From Carcharhinus amblyrhynchos (Eukaryota): DNA of 64,000 nucleotides. How positions within the stretch are numbered: position 1 is the stretch's first letter; each line of letters opens with the position of its first letter. A program made the translations under genes and the position numbers. Positions 24,248 to 38,671 of the stretch are shown piece after piece. The DNA lies in the NCBI GenBank assembly GCA_965287045.1, contig OZ336877.1, positions 63,612,001 to 63,676,000 of the forward strand, given 5' to 3'. The notes beneath the pieces were generated by a model. The model was not told the origin of the DNA. It saw only the letters and a program-made list of their open reading frames with translations, and did no database searches.

Positions 24248-26371
24248 TTCCGGGGCTACCAATGGCTTTGTTCATGTCTGTGGCTAGACTATTTTTGGAA
24301 CTATGGGAAGGTGGTAACTGGACTGGAGAAATTTAATCATTGAATTCTAGGAGAGAAGGACAGAAATCTGGGGCAAGTAGGGCAATGGGGAACCTGTTCA
24401 AAGTCTTGGCAATGAGAAGGAGTTGATGATGGGATAATAGTTTGTAAGGGCTGTATCCTCAAGTGTGGGAAATATTTGGGGAAGAATGACTACCGTTTTG
24501 AAGGGGAGGGAGACAGTAATGAAGAATTGCAAGTATTAACAGTATCCACAACCAGGATGATCAGGAAAGTTCAGATCAAATACATTCTGGCTTTTTTAAA
24601 TGAAGAAAAAGCAAGAACATATATTTTATTGGTTTGCTTTGCCTGTTACCTTCCACAGTTGCTGCAATTGGAATAATTTAATGACTTTGTTGAAATAAAG
24701 CTTGCCTAATGAAACGAAATGCATCAATTGCTTCACTTTCCAAACCAAAATATTTGTGCACTGTTGCATTCACAAGTGTTAAACTTTGTGAAGTCTCTGA
24801 GGAAATAGTTGAAATAGTATGGAAATGTATTTTAGATGGTGTCAAATTCAGTGAGAGGTTGTTAGCCCATATCTGCTAAATAAAAAGTTGAATGGTCTTT
24901 ATGCAGTATAAACCATGCACTTCAGGAACTTTCTATTTAGGAGCAATTATTTGCATTTGTGCTGTGGCAATAAAGTGAAATTAATTAAATTACTTGAAGT
25001 AATGTTGCTGAATTTCAGAATTTAAATATAATTGAAGTAATAGAAATTGTGCATTTGTCGCAGAAGATTCCAATGGTATAATAAATTCAATTTTTTTCAT
25101 CAATTAAAAATTCAGTAATTATTGGACATTAAAGTTTTACATAATTTTGTTTCATTGTTGAACCTTTTTTCTGTTATTTAAGTGCTTTATGCCAGAAATA
25201 TTTTGAAAGGGTTATGCTTGATATGAAATAATCTCATTTTGTTACATCCGTTAAAACATGTGTTTCTTCTATTGTTAACCATGATTTATATAGTGTCATA
25301 AATTATGTCTGTTGAAACAGTTTTAAAACTTGAGGTGTCTGTCTAGTAGAGGCTGAAGAGAGATTTGCACACATTCATTTTGTTTCACTCTGAACAAATT
25401 GCAACAAGAGTATAAAATGGCTGGTTGGTTATTTAATAGATCTCACCACTTGGACACGGACTACTTTCTGAAGATACACAACGTCTACTCCATTGAAAGG
25501 GTATTGAACCTTTTAAAACTCCATCCTACCATCAGCAGATTATGTTAAATCCTCATTTTGTATAATACGTTAATATTTTCAGTGGTGCACTAATCCAAGA
25601 AATAAATATGTCCGTTACTATGGTTACACTTGATGGTCACAGCCAAAAGATTGTGCCTTCAGGCCACATAAAAGACTTAATGTTGGGACTGAATGGTAAC
25701 ACATTATTTATTACTTAACCATCACGCTGTGAAAATTTAGTGATCTCATTTTTAGATTTGATCTTTCGACCTGTGCCAGTTTACTTGGCTGCATTTGCTG
25801 CAATTTTAGACTTGTACTGTTGCTGGTGTTTGAATGCACACTACCTCAGGTTCATTTTTGAAATACTACTTCGAAGGCTGCAGGTGTTGCTAATTAGAGA
25901 ATTTAAGCAATAATTCCAAATAAAATAACATCTATTTTCTTCACCATTCTAGACCAATGGTTAAAGATTTGTATGTCCCAGTTTTACTAACTGTATTGTC
26001 TCCATGGTGTTCCTTTATTTCTTAATCAATATTCTTCCCTTTAATTATCTTTCTGAAAGATTATTCTAAATGCCTCCACAACCTCACAAAATTGCCTAAC
26101 AATATTGTGTCATCTTCAAACAATGAAGATTAACAGGCTAATCAATCGCAAGGATCAACAAAACTCAGCCTGAAGCCGTCCTCACTTTGTATCCACCCTG
26201 ATACACTGTAATAGCAAGGGCCACTGGAGGCTGATCAGAATTTTGACTCACACTTAACTCAAAGGGGACTGTGTTAACATCAACACAATCTCCTCTGAAT
26301 TATCATGACGGAGATCATATCAGCTAGTTCAGCAATCAAATTAGAGTTTTCTTGCTATGTATGGCAAAGCA

Positions 26372-26543
26372 ATCCAAAGATATGCAGGTTGGGTTGATCG
26401 GCCACGCTAAATTGTCCATTAATGTCAGGGGGATCAGCAGGTTAAATGCATAGGGTTGTAGGGATAGGGTCTGGGTTGGATTGTTGTTGGTGCAGACTCG
26501 ATGGGTCAAATGGCCCTCTTCTGTACTATAGTGATTCTATGAT
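26372..26543 (+). mobile_element. HE1-type SINE 3' half
   Basis: tccaaagatatgcaggttgggttgatcggccacgctaaattg...gattctatga. Confidence 0.85.
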
Positions 26544-27779
26544 AACTATCCTAAAGTCATGATTTTGTTTTTTTTTGGGGTTTTGCAACATTGTGAAGAC
26601 AAACTGTAATATTTCTGGGCAACATCAACTCAGTGTTGTGAGAGGTAAATGAGCACATAGAGGAGTCTTTGCAAACTTATAGAAAGCAGTTTGATTGATC
26701 TTAATCTTGGCATATGGTAGGCCAACAAAAACATTTGTTGATGTAAGTTGACAGGACTGGCTTACCAGAGTGACGGATGTGGTTGTGAGACCTATAGAAC
26801 TCCACCTATTAAATAGAGTGAAATTTGTTATTACTTGTAATGATATCTTATCAGCTTGAGAATAATTCAGATGCAGTATTAATGTCTGCAGTGATAATGA
26901 ATATCACTGCAGATTTTTATAAATTTTTTCCTTCAAGTCACTACATCCAACTTAGACCTAGAGCCATAATTATTCAGTGCATCTTAAAATATTAAAAATA
27001 ATAAGCTTAACTAGATCAATGGAGTCTTTCCAGTTTTTTTCTACTTAATAGCGTTGACTCCAAATTTCATGCAGAATTTTGCTGGTGCCTTTCAGCTTCT
27101 GTAGATTCACAGCTAAGACTGGATTTTCATCCTCAAAGTGGATAGCAGGAGTTGGGAAATTCCTGGAGAGAAAGTGCCAGGAAAGACAGAATTTTGGGGG
27201 AGGTAACGTGCAGTATGATGCCAGTTGACCTGGGAAGAAATTTGGATGCAGGCTGTTTAAAAATTGGAAACCCTGGGAGTAGGATCAGGAATTTTGGAAT
27301 TGGATCGTGGTCACCATTCTCCCCCTTCCCCAGAGTTTCATTTACCCAACCTTTGTAACTTTAATTGTTTATAATCTCTCACTTGTACCTTTCATCATCT
27401 ACATGTTTCAGATTGTGCCTTAGTGGATTCCTTCCATTCTCATTATAATCCATACAGATTTGTCCATCTCTTTGTTCTATGAATTAAATTGTTTGAGTCA
27501 AACCTTTTCTTTCAGTCTTGCCAAATCATTCCACTCCAGTTTTCTCTCAGATCACTTTATTAGCTCTTTTGACTCCAGTCAATCACTACTTTAAAATTTC
27601 AGTAAGCCTCACTAGATTTAAACAGTAATTGTCTCACTTTCCTTCTACCCACTTTGAAGTAATATGCATCTCCACAAATCTCAGCAAATTCAATCTCTGA
27701 TGTACAATCACATCTTAGAGCTTGCACACATTGTCAGCTATTCAACCATGACATGTTGACCATACTTGCTGACATCCCC

Positions 27780-27900
27780 CCGTCTCTTGCAAGATAAGGC
27801 GACACACAACCAGAGGCAGCAGGAGCTAACGAGAGAGGGAGACTTTAACATCCATGGAGGAGATGGTGCTCAACGTCAATGGAGTGGCCATTTTTGAGAT
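27780..27900 (+). pseudogene. Relic exon of a Harbinger Myb/SANT-like (NAIF1-type) gene
   Basis: DKATHNQRQQELT... then, frameshifted, LTSMEEMVLNV, after a decayed acceptor; resembles the K.AHN.RE...TGGG...LT..EE.VL region. Confidence 0.45.
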
Positions 27901-28424
27901 TGTGGTTCATCAGGGCTGAAACCATTAAACCTGATAGGATCCTCAGACTTAATCCTCCTGCTGAATATCCCAACTTCCCTTTATCCCACCCTTCTGTGGG
28001 ATGGTGTAAGCATGCATTCCTTGCTCACCCCAGAACCCCTTTCTACCTCCACCGAGTCCAGCCACTACCCTATCAGCTTTTTCCTTTTCTGAAGGTCTCC
28101 ATTGAAGAACCGGTCAGGTGGTGGTCAAACACGCCATGGCCTGTTTGTTATGTTCCCCATGTGCTAGGTGGTTGTCTGCCACTGGGTTAATACCAGCAGC
28201 AGTGGAATCAGGCCCTTAAGTGGGCATTAAATGCTCACTCAAGGATGTTGATTGGGAGCAGGGTGGGAAAACTGTTTGTTAATCATTGTGGAGACAGGAG
28301 GATGATGGGGTCTGCACCAGTCACCCTCCCACAATAACTCGCCCTCCTGCCACCAGTTGGAGGGGCGGGGGTACACAAAAGGGCTGCCAGTAGTTTCTCC
28401 CTTCAATATTCATTTAATTTATTG

Positions 28425-28570
28425 GGACTCTATGATTGGGATTCTCCGACCTTGCCCTCAGTAGGGATTCTCCTGTCCCGCTGCTGTGAATGGCGATTTG
28501 GCTGAGCACTAAATTCCCTGTTCTCACTGACAGCGGTGGCTGGAAGTGCAACATTGGAGAATACTGGCCC
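28425..28570. mobile_element. Short MITE-like repeat
   Basis: Similar to 36990-37116 and, in reverse, to 57103-57210; ends ggagaatactggccc. Confidence 0.55.
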
Positions 28571-31500
28571 ATGTTTCTCTGACCTTCCCCCTCCAGTTCA
28601 CGAGAGCCAACCTCTTCCAAAATTCATAGAGACACTTTACTCCAGCATGGTTATATTTGATGTGAAGAAATGACTGAGCTACTTTCCTCACTGTTCATGG
28701 CTGTTTTCAGTAACTGAAATGTTCAAATGAGCTGTAAAAATAAAAATTGCCTTTGTTACATTTTCTATCAATTCAAAAGGCAAGCCTCCTTAACTCCTTT
28801 TACTTTGCACTTGTCAAAATGAAACAAAAGATCCTTGTCTTGTTTTGAACCATCACTACCAATACAACTTTTCTTGTCAAATGACTGAAATACAAGCTAC
28901 TGTATAAGAACTAACAAATGCCTCTCTCATATGCGGTGGCATAGTGGTGATTGGAACTGAATCTGAAACCTAGAGGTTGTGAGTTCACATGCCGTCATGG
29001 CACATTTAAAATTGAATTCAGTGTGTCTGGTAACGTCCAAACTAATATATTATCGTGTCAATGGCTGGATGTGATATTATTTCTTCCTCTTCCTTATCTA
29101 CATTATATGTTGCTGTTTCTACCGGTTGCCCACATCAGAACATTACCTCAAAATTGGTTAATATACTAAAATTCATTCCAGCCATGGATGGAAAATATTA
29201 GAGGGGACACTACGTAGCTCTCTGCTCTCCAACAGATGAGCAAGATCACTGAGGTATTTGGGAGTGGCTGTAACTCCATGGAGCACAACTTTGCTGTCCC
29301 CTCACAGGTTTACAACATTCTTCCTTCAATCCATGTCAGCCTGGCAGAGTCTTTGCTTTTGCTCGTCTGCTAATCAGTCCATATTCCCGTTGCCAATGCT
29401 GAGATGGTGCGTTACAAGATCAGGCCTTCCATGGTCCTACAACTGCTTGAGATTGCCCTCCTAGGCCACCTCCATTGAAGGTCAGCAGACATCCACCAAC
29501 ATGCTCTAGCAACTGGGATGGTCCTGCATATAAGCACTAGGACAGGCAAAGGCAGACAGATAACCTGTAGCAAGGAAAATTAGCCTATGTTTATATTTAA
29601 TGTGGCATGCTTTGATTCGTAAATATAATGTTTATTTCATGGTGGTTTTTGTCTTTGCACAAGTAGACACAGATGGCTTGTGACAGACGGAAGATAGGGT
29701 ATGAGACTAATGGTGAATGGGGACTTGGGGTTGGTAATACTCAGCAAGTCTGTCGAGAGAAAAAGAGAATTAATTTAAGTTTAATGACCTTCCATCAGAT
29801 TTCGGGGGCTTCCTTTGGAAATGGTAAGGCATCTTTTGGGAGAGGTAAGGGACCCTTTGGAATTGTTAAAAGTGAACATGATTATGTACTTCTTATGCAC
29901 AAACTCATTGGAATTGTCAACTTGTCTGGCTGTCAAAGAACTATCCAGCTGTCAAAGGTGCCAAGCAACTGTAAAAGCAGTTAAGGAGCTGGTGTAGGAT
30001 ATTAGGGGAGGTGGCATGGAAGGGGAATGAGCAATGGGGCAGAGGCTGGCACCAAGTTGGCATGGGGCCCTGAAGCACTGTGGGGGATATGGAGTATGTA
30101 AGAGGCTATGTGGAGGAGGCATAGTTAGAGGGACATGAATTGGAATAAGTGATATGAGGAGCCATGGCAGTTGATGAGATACGTGAGATGGCATGGGGAT
30201 ATGAGGGACCATGAGGGATGTGTGGGGAGCATGAAGTGGCAAAACTTAGCATGGATGGAGCATAGGAACTGTGTGGGGAGGTGAGGAGTGGCAGGTTCAT
30301 TCTGGGGTGGCAGGCCCAACTTCCAATCCAGTCCACCCCACCCCAGAACAAAAACCTGTGGGAGACCATTTTAAAGGTTGAGTTTGTAGAGGCGGGATTT
30401 CCACTGTCTTTGTCCACCTGACTCAGGATGGAAAATCTGGGCCTAAAAGCTTATGGCCGGGGTCATTATCACAGTCGTTGGCAATGGGCACTTGCCCCGT
30501 TGCAGTTGTGGCTGCAGCAGGTGCAAGTTTTACTGAGTACACCCTTGGTAGAGTACAAATGTCTGATACATGGATTCTTGCTGAGTTTCAAGTAGAATTG
30601 CTATCTGAACCATTCTGGATGGTTAGACCTCCCACAGAAAGCCCTTCTTCTCCTTTCCTTACTTTTCCAGCAGCTTGTTCTGCTCAATGTGCTCTCTGTT
30701 CGCTTCCCAAGTAATGTTGTTTTCCAAGGATATTGCCTAACAGTGCACCCATGTCTGAAAGCAGCTAACTTGTGTATAAAGTTTGAAATCAGGACAAGAT
30801 TCTTCAGCACCCGTCACAGCACTCTGTATATACTCTTCAAGAATCGTAGAAAGCATCAAAGATTTGTACTGTCATAGCAAAAGCCAATAGAAATTAATCA
30901 GCATCTAACCTGAAAGTAGTTGATTAAGATAGGGCATTAGCTGGAGTGTTGAGCGCCAGTGCCATTGCTTGTGTCAAACAAGTTGATTAACATCATTATA
31001 TGTTTAAACTGCATGCATCTTGCAATGTTCACTGCAAGCAGACTAACATTTTCACCGATATACAATGCAGCATGACTTGCACCTTAAGTGACCACGTGCA
31101 CCAAGCTTGCCATTTTGGAGCTTCAAGGGCACCGGTAGAAAGAAAGCTGACAAAATGGATTCAAATTTGGTGTATGCAGCCCTTTTATAACTCAGAAATA
31201 ATTCATTGATCATTAGAAATCTAATGCTACTGAGAAAAAAGAATAGGTTTCACAAGTCAGTCACAGCTATCTGAAAATTAGACGTACATATAAAAGCAGT
31301 TATACAATTTTGTTTTTCAGGTTGATTTCATTGCTTCTGAAAGCAATTCAAATATAGATGTTCCTTTCTAGCTGTGGAGAGGGGCGTTGTGGAGGGGATA
31401 TTTGGGATTTAAAGACACAATCTTCTATTAACATTAAGGCTGTGAAAGCCAAACAGTCTGTAATGTTTCTCATATTAACCACTGCTCAAGCAAACAGTTT

Positions 31501-33106
31501 AAATGCATTGTGTTCAAAAAAGAAACTCAGCGGCTGTGTTAATAAATGAAAGTAAATATATATAAGTGAGGAAACGAAACGAAAACTGTTTAATGGTCAT
31601 GGTAATTAATTTGAGTAAGCATATTTTGGTATTGTGATTGTTTGTCAGTGATTTAGGATAGGTATCAGTTATTCCTTACTTAATATTCAAGAAAATAATT
31701 AAACCCAAAGGGAAAAACCTATACTTTGAAATGGAATTCAAATTGTTGCATGCAACAATGAGCTATGTTAAATTTATTTAACTTTGTACATTAGTGTATG
31801 CCGTTCCTCATTGATGTACATCCCATCTCTAGGTTGCCTATATAAATTCAGAAATAACCGTTAATTGGTGATCTAGATTTAGTAGAAAATGTGGATCGGA
31901 CATTTTCAGTAACAGTTGTAGGGGAAAGATTATTGTCCTGATTTTGCGAGAAGGCAGGGAAATGTGGAGTATAACTATCTTAATGCTGAGATGAATATAA
32001 ACTTGTTCAATATAAGCAGGACTTGGTTTGACTTTAAGTAGATGAGATGTTAAGCTCCAGGCTATTTTGATCAACGTGAAAGCCCCTTGAAATGGGCCCC
32101 TTTAGAAACTTGGAATCGAATGCATGCTACCTCAATCCATATTACCATTAGAATGGGCCTTTTATTTTGCTTTATTTATACAGAGCTCTTTATTTTTTTA
32201 GAAAGTGGACACCAAGTAAAAAAAATCCAAGCAATAATAGCAATCGGGCAGTGTTAATATTCTTGTTTCACCCAGAATGGCTTTACTTGTAATCCATAAG
32301 ATTGTAAAGTTGTCTCCAGAGAACATTTGGATTTAATAAATTCCCATTCTGCTGAAATTACATTATCAATAACTATCTATTAACTGAAATTAAAAAACAT
32401 TGACTATTGCATACCTTAAAATATATTAACTTAGCAAAGCACTGTTGCTCAGTTTTTCTTACCATACATTTTTCTACATATTTTTTAAACTATTAAGTCA
32501 TTTATTCACATGGTAGAAACATTTTGCATCTCTTAAATATTGTTTCGTAGTAAATTTTCAGGAATAAAGTTCACCATGTAGCTACATTAGTGAAAACATA
32601 TGGTGACACAGTATATTTCCAAGGAGTAGACAGGATGCATTTTGTCAGTGTGGCTGCACAGAAGTCTCAACTGTGGCTTGCTGATAATGAAACACCCTTA
32701 AGATTTGTGGGACTGGTGCTTCCATGTGGCATGTTATCTTTACTCATTCTGAGCTGGATTGGTTAATAATAGAATCAAAAGCTTTTTTATGCAGTATATG
32801 GTTTCCGTCAAATGCCATAATTTTCAACTGAAACACTTGCAATTGTATCAGCTTTTTTGATAGGTGTTAGTAAAAGTTTCTTTTCTGAAAATTATTTTCC
32901 ATCTTGCACAAATTCAGCAATTTTGATAGATTACTGCAATCAACATTTCAGTTTAAGACAGGCAAGATTTGTTGAGCATGTTAGAAAAAGTCTGTTAGAA
33001 TTCATCCAATAATAAGTAGCGAAAGTGAATATGTTCTTCATATAACCTGAATCTGAATGGAGAGTGCTGGATTACGACAATAAGGAAGCACTTTGTGTAA
33101 TACTGC

Positions 33107-33800
33107 CGGGGCCGATTTTCAGCCCGTGTTTGCCATCAGAGAGAACGGTGACGCAGAGTGAAAATGCGGGGAGAATCGGGAAATGCAATTCCCTCGGGGT
33201 AGATCACATTCTGCAATTTTCCTTACTTTCCACTCCTTACTGGTGACATCACAAGGGTGGGAATCTCATTTTAATATATTTGCATAAATTTTAATATAAT
33301 TGTCAGGCATTTGCCCCCCTCCCACCTATTTTTTCCCCCAGAGAGTATTTTCATGCCTTGTTGATGCAATGTCACATTGGCATGGTTTACAACAGTTGAC
33401 CCATGTGTGAAACTGCCACGGGATTTCCCCCCCCCCCCCCAAGTCCCAGGGGTGCAAATGTGATTATGGCCCCCAGGGGAGAAGGACAAGCCTGAACACT
33501 GCCACCTGGCATTTTTCTGGCATAGGTTTGCACAGTGTCAGGAGGACAGAGCATGCTCTGAAGGGTGAGAAGAGATGCCAGTGCTGACTGGAGGAAGAGC
33601 GTGGGAGGAGGGAGAGGGAGATGTTGGCGATGATTATTTTGAGAGTTGGGGCGGGGGAGTTTTGCAGGAAGCCCTTGGTACTTCCATGGTGGGGTGGGAA
33701 GGGGGAGGTTATTTTTTGCTCTGATTGAAACACTGCTTTATAATGGCGCCCTAATCTCTACAGAGCTGATGTCTTTAGGCTTTTAAAATGACAGTGTGAA
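33107..33800. mobile_element. GC-rich non-autonomous repeat (gggccgattttc terminus)
   Basis: The terminus resembles the other GGGC..ATT(T/C)TC-ended elements; an internal segment resembles 61040-61360. Confidence 0.45.
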
Positions 33801-33854
33801 ACACACACCCCTGCTTTTTTTGACAAAGTGATGCAAGACTTGGATAGGAAATCT

Positions 33855-34290
33855 GCCTACTTCTCTGAAGAAAAAGGTAGAGAAGTGTTGTTGCAATTGT
33901 ATAGGGTGTTGGTGAGACCACATCTGAAGTATTGTGTCCAGTTTTGGTCTCCTTATTTGGGGAAGGATGTGATGACACTGGAGGTTCACCAGATTGATTC
34001 TGGGATCAATGGGATGACGTATGAAGAGAGATTAAACAGTTTGAGCTTGTACTCACTGGAGTTAGAAAGGTGAGAGGAGATCTGATCGAGGTATATAAAA
34101 CTTTAAAAGGGATTGAAAAAGTAAATGTTGACCAAATGTTTCCTCTTATGGTAATCTAGAGCAAGTAGTCACAGGGATAGGTTGAGAGGTTACAATGAGG
34201 AGCAACTACTTCTCACTGAGAATGGTGAATTTGTGGAACTTTCTGCCCCATGGCTCGGTGGAGCCTAAGTCATTGAAAGGTCTCAAGAGG
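33855..34290 (+). mobile_element. CR1 LINE ORF2 C-terminal fragment
   Basis: KGREVLLQLYRVLVRPHLKYCVQFWSPYLGKD...YEERLNSLSLYSLE. Confidence 0.9.
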
Positions 34291-35277
34291 CCATGAAGTA
34301 CATAGTGCATTGGGAGATCAGGTGTGTGTGCAATGGCACCCTCTAGCAGCCATTAGCTGGCTTCCCATTGTGAATAAACTGTGCATTTTCCCTACTGGTG
34401 AGAATCACACTTTGCTTCATTTTTTTCCCTAAGTGGCATAAGATAATGTCTGAGAGTTCGCCGAAAAATGGGCATGGTTCTCTCCTGCTCTCACGCTCGT
34501 TTCACCCCTTGACACATTTTAATTTTTGGTGCGGCAGAACTTCATGCTTCTTTGGGGGCAAGTTGGCAGGCACGCGATGCATCATAAATTTGGGTGTAAT
34601 GCCATTTCCAGCACTCAACTTCCCACCCCGTGCAATTTTGAGTGGAGGAAAGTCCCCTTCCTGCTGCCACTACAATTTTACCCGCATTGGTAGAATGCCA
34701 GCATCAAGTGGGATGTCTGGCAACTCTCGTAGTGCTTGTGCTGATGGCAGGCATGGAGGTGGGATACCTCATCTATAGGCACCTATGAGCCAAAGGCCTT
34801 CTCCCACCACCACCCCACCACCCTACCCTTGTATTTTCCCTCCGTCTCTGACCTGCCGATCTCAGCTCCCCATTCCCCCCAACTGTTCCACCTCCTTGCC
34901 AATGCCTGAAAGCCTTGCCTCACAGTAACTATCCCCCCATATTATTTTCCTATTTGACTGCAGTGATGAATTCTATTGGAGACTATATACAGTCCCAACA
35001 GTGGCCATTGCTCCTGCTGTCATTGGCGGGACCAGAGAGTCACTGCCTATCTGATTGGCAGTTCTTGGTGGTAGGATGCTCTCCTCAGATGGGGGCAGAA
35101 GGCTCATCCAGAATCAGTCAATGCCCCACTAAGCATTTAAAGGCTGCAGGACAATCTGCCGGAGCAAGCGTAGGTTGCCCTTCGACATCCAGGCTGTGAT
35201 TGACTTGAATCCTGGCGTTGTGTAAAATTCTGCCCATTAACCTGGCTCATCCAGCCATTGAAATGATTCTGGAATTA

Positions 35278-35570
35278 AAGAATCTATACGTCGCAAAGGA
35301 GGCTATTCAGCCCATCGATCCTGCACCGGCAACAATCCCACCCAGGCCCGATCCTCTTAACCCCCCTGACATTAAGGGGCAATTTAGCATGGCCAACCCA
35401 CCTAACCAGTACGTCTTCGGAGTGTGGGAGGAAACGGAGCACCCAGAGGTAACCCATGCAGACATGGGGAGATCGCGCAAACTCCACGCAGACAGTTACC
35501 TAAGGCTGGAATTGAACCTGGGCCCCTCGTGCTGTGAGGCAGCAATGCTAGCCACTGTGTCACTGCGCCC
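35278..35570 (-). mobile_element. HE1-type V-SINE, near full length
   Basis: Reverse complement of the tRNA head, V-domain and CR1-type tail. Confidence 0.88.
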
Positions 35571-36989
35571 ACAAAGTGTTTACAATTTTATGTTGTCTTA
35601 AGGTCCTTTCATAGTGTTATTGCAATTTAGTTATCATCAGAGAGCAGGAGGGAAAAAAATCATAGACTTGGGCAAAAAATAAAACTGTTTTGCTGTAAAA
35701 TATTATAAACTTGATTTTCAATCTGTAGAATTAGCTGGAGTGCTAAGATTGGTCTCAGCTATTCAAGGAGAAAAACTTTGTATCTTGCAATACTTGTTCA
35801 GACTACAGGTTGTGTGGGTGTCATCCTCCCATCAATGTAGAACAAGGGATCATTGAAACCAGGGCAATGCAAACTTTTGTCTGCTTTCAATGCTCCTTGA
35901 GAAGTAACAGCTGACTCACAAGTGGGGAAATAACAATCACAATCAGACAGTGCACGGTAGAAGCACTAGGATTTATTCTTCCAATCCAGTGGAACTTCAT
36001 TCTGCTGCCAACAGGAAAGTGAGAGTAACATGGCTGAAAATGGGAGGCAGGCATCATCCAATTTGCCTTTGCTGTGAAAACAGGCAGTGCTGCCAGCTTG
36101 GCCTTTACTGTTGTCCTGCGCTGAATCATCAGCCTGTTTTGCCAGCATGTTGTGCAAAGATACATTTGATTTTTAGTGATCAACTTGCTGATGTAAAGCT
36201 CTGTCTTAGGAATCTGCAATCTGAGACTGAATAAAGTCCAATATTTACAATTCTAAATTTCCTGCCTTTGATGAAAACTTAAGTGTAAGAAAAGATAAGA
36301 GCGGGAAAGAAATTATTGGGGAGGGGGATAGAACTATATGAGAAAAATAATCCAAGACAAAGAAAGACAGAAAAAGAGACAACCCGAGCTAATGCAGAAG
36401 AGAGAGATATGAAAGATATGGAAATTGTTTCTTGGGGTCATTGTACAAAGTACAAAATGTTTTTGGGGTCATTGTAAAAGTACAAAACTGATTGAGAGTT
36501 GGGTGTGTTATTTTATCAATTCGTGATTCTTTACTAATTCGAAGTACTTGATCACATGAAGGTCCCCAGTCCATTATTCAACATGGTTTGAGCTACCCGC
36601 TCCAACAGCCTGAAGTAGAATTTCCTGTGCATTTCTTTCCACGTAATCAGGGTGTACAGTAATATTTCTCTACCAGAATAGAGGAAACCTGGTAATTCTG
36701 CTACATCCAAATTTCATCACTCATTTAAATTTATCTATCAACTGTGGTACTATATTCCAACAAGAAACCATGTCAAGAGGAGGAAACTAGGATAGTGAAC
36801 CAAATATGTGGGGAAAAAGGCAAAGAAAGCTTGCACTCACAGTTAGTGTACAGTAGAGTATAAATCACATTGGAATTTTGTTCATAAAATGTCAAAATAT
36901 ACATTAGGTTTTATATAAATTTACATATATATTGAACGAAATATATGAACAACGCCTTAAGAACTCAGCATAGTGAAAAGGAAACATAT

Positions 36990-37116
36990 GGGGAAGAATT
37001 ATACAGCCCTTCATGCAAATGGGATTCTCCCAGCCCACTGTAGTGAACAGAGATTTGACTGTTCGCCAAATTCCCCGTCCTCTGGCAGCAGCGGGGGATG
37101 TGAAGAATTTCAGTCA
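36990..37116. mobile_element. Short MITE-like repeat
   Basis: Homologous to 28425-28570. Confidence 0.5.
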
Positions 37117-37121
37117 TGATC

Positions 37122-37289
37122 TAAAGTTAAAGTTTAGTTGTTGGTCACAAGTAGGCTTACATTAACGCTGCAATAAAGTTACTGTGAAAATCCTCTAGTC
37201 GCCACACTCCGGCGCCTGTTCGGGTATAATGAGGGAGAATTTAGCATAGCCAATACACCGAACCAGCACGTCGTTTGGACTATGGGAGG
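37122..37289 (-). mobile_element. V-SINE variant (alternative tail), 3' half
   Basis: Same tail as the 22592 copy, preceded by (taaagt)n. Confidence 0.8.
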
Positions 37290-37479
37290 GTCTGTATTGA
37301 GCCATTATACAAACCATCGTGATACATTGGTTATCCAGATTTCAAACGCAGTTTCATAGTGGTGAAATTTGTTCCTTAAAATTAAGTACTGAGAGAATTA
37401 TACTTGTTCCGTTTTGGAAAGGGTGAAATTGAAATTATTTTGTTTATTTAGAGAATGCAAAGTCCCTGATTCAAGTAGC

Positions 37480-38110
37480 CTCTCCTGGCCCTGCTGTGTT
37501 GAGTGCAGATAGGCTTCTTCAGTGTCTGTGGATTGGAAACTCTTCCTATGATGTAGTGCATAGTTTGCTCTCTCCCATTGACACATAGGGAGGTGACACT
37601 AATGCCCCATCTGTGGAGGTTGGCCAAGCAGGGGCTGGGGCTGGTCCTGAACCTGTTGAAGGTGCAGCATTCATTCCTTGGAAGGTTGAAACCAGCAGCT
37701 CTTGGGTTGTGTTTGAAACCAAGTACTTGTTTGTCATGTCCAGTGATTCACATTCATTTGTACAGGTGGAATTTGTGTTGAAGTCCTTTGTTTCCAGATC
37801 AGCCTTCTTGACGGGACTGATGGGGCGAATTGTGAACTTTTTCTATCATTTTGAGATTGTGGCAAGTCAGCTGATATATGGAGGAGTGATGTTTGCTTGG
37901 ACGGGGAGCCAAGGGATTGGTGTCCTCTGGCAATTATACTCATGGTAGCATTCAGCTGGGCGTCAACACCGTGTGTTTGTGTGTGTGTCTGTTCATGTTT
38001 GTGTTCATGACCGGGCCCAGTATTGTCCTTTCGGATCCAGTCCAAGGTGTTGAAGTCAGGGGCTTCAGTTGCGAGGTAGATATTGTCGGCATTTATGACT
38101 TTTCGGGAGG
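37480..38110 (-). mobile_element. Decayed Vingi/Ingi-like LINE (RT to C-terminal Cys/His region, internally deleted)
   Basis: The minus strand gives ADNIYLATEA (YADD-like motif, about 38062-38092) and LNRFRT..APCLANLHRWGI...LC..G.EQTMHYII. Confidence 0.6.
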
Positions 38111-38671
38111 CAGTTTTTGGAAATCAAATAGAAAATAATAGCTGTTTATATCAAGAGAACAAACTCATCTGTCCATGTTCGAAATAAGAAACAACGCTCA
38201 TTAATTCAGAAATCACAGTTCAGATTGAAGTAGCACAAAACAGACTTGTAAAGTATGTCAACTCCAGAATTGCTGTAAATGTGAAGCAAAACAAAACAGT
38301 TTGGAAATACTCAAGTCAGGTGTTTAGCAGAACATGTTACCTCAGATGATCATCAACTATAGGTACATTTCATTTCTGTAGTCTTAGACATTATTTGCAT
38401 TTCTTGGAGCAGGAGTAAACATGGGTCATGTATGCCCAGAGCTTCCAGCTTCTTCAATGACTACCACATGAGGTGCTAGGTTCAAAGTCTTATGAAAAAT
38501 CAATGAGTGTAATGTAAGTAGATTTATCTGAGCTTTACAATGTTTGGTCATCTCGTATAAAGACACAACCTGCCTCATGCATTCCTCAGGAGTGTGAGAA
38601 CCAACATTTTCCTTTTTGGTTATGTCAGTACTGATCTGCTCACTCAGCCTTTTTGATAGGAAGTCAGCCTC

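Noticed and set aside
30803-30823. REST/RE1-like site TTCAGCACC-cg-TCACAGCAC
   Set aside because: The right half lacks the critical GG of GGACAG, too weak to call.
36432-36490. Tandem duplication of about 30 bp (ttggggtcattgta..aagtacaaaa)
   Set aside because: Ordinary two-copy slippage with no further structure.
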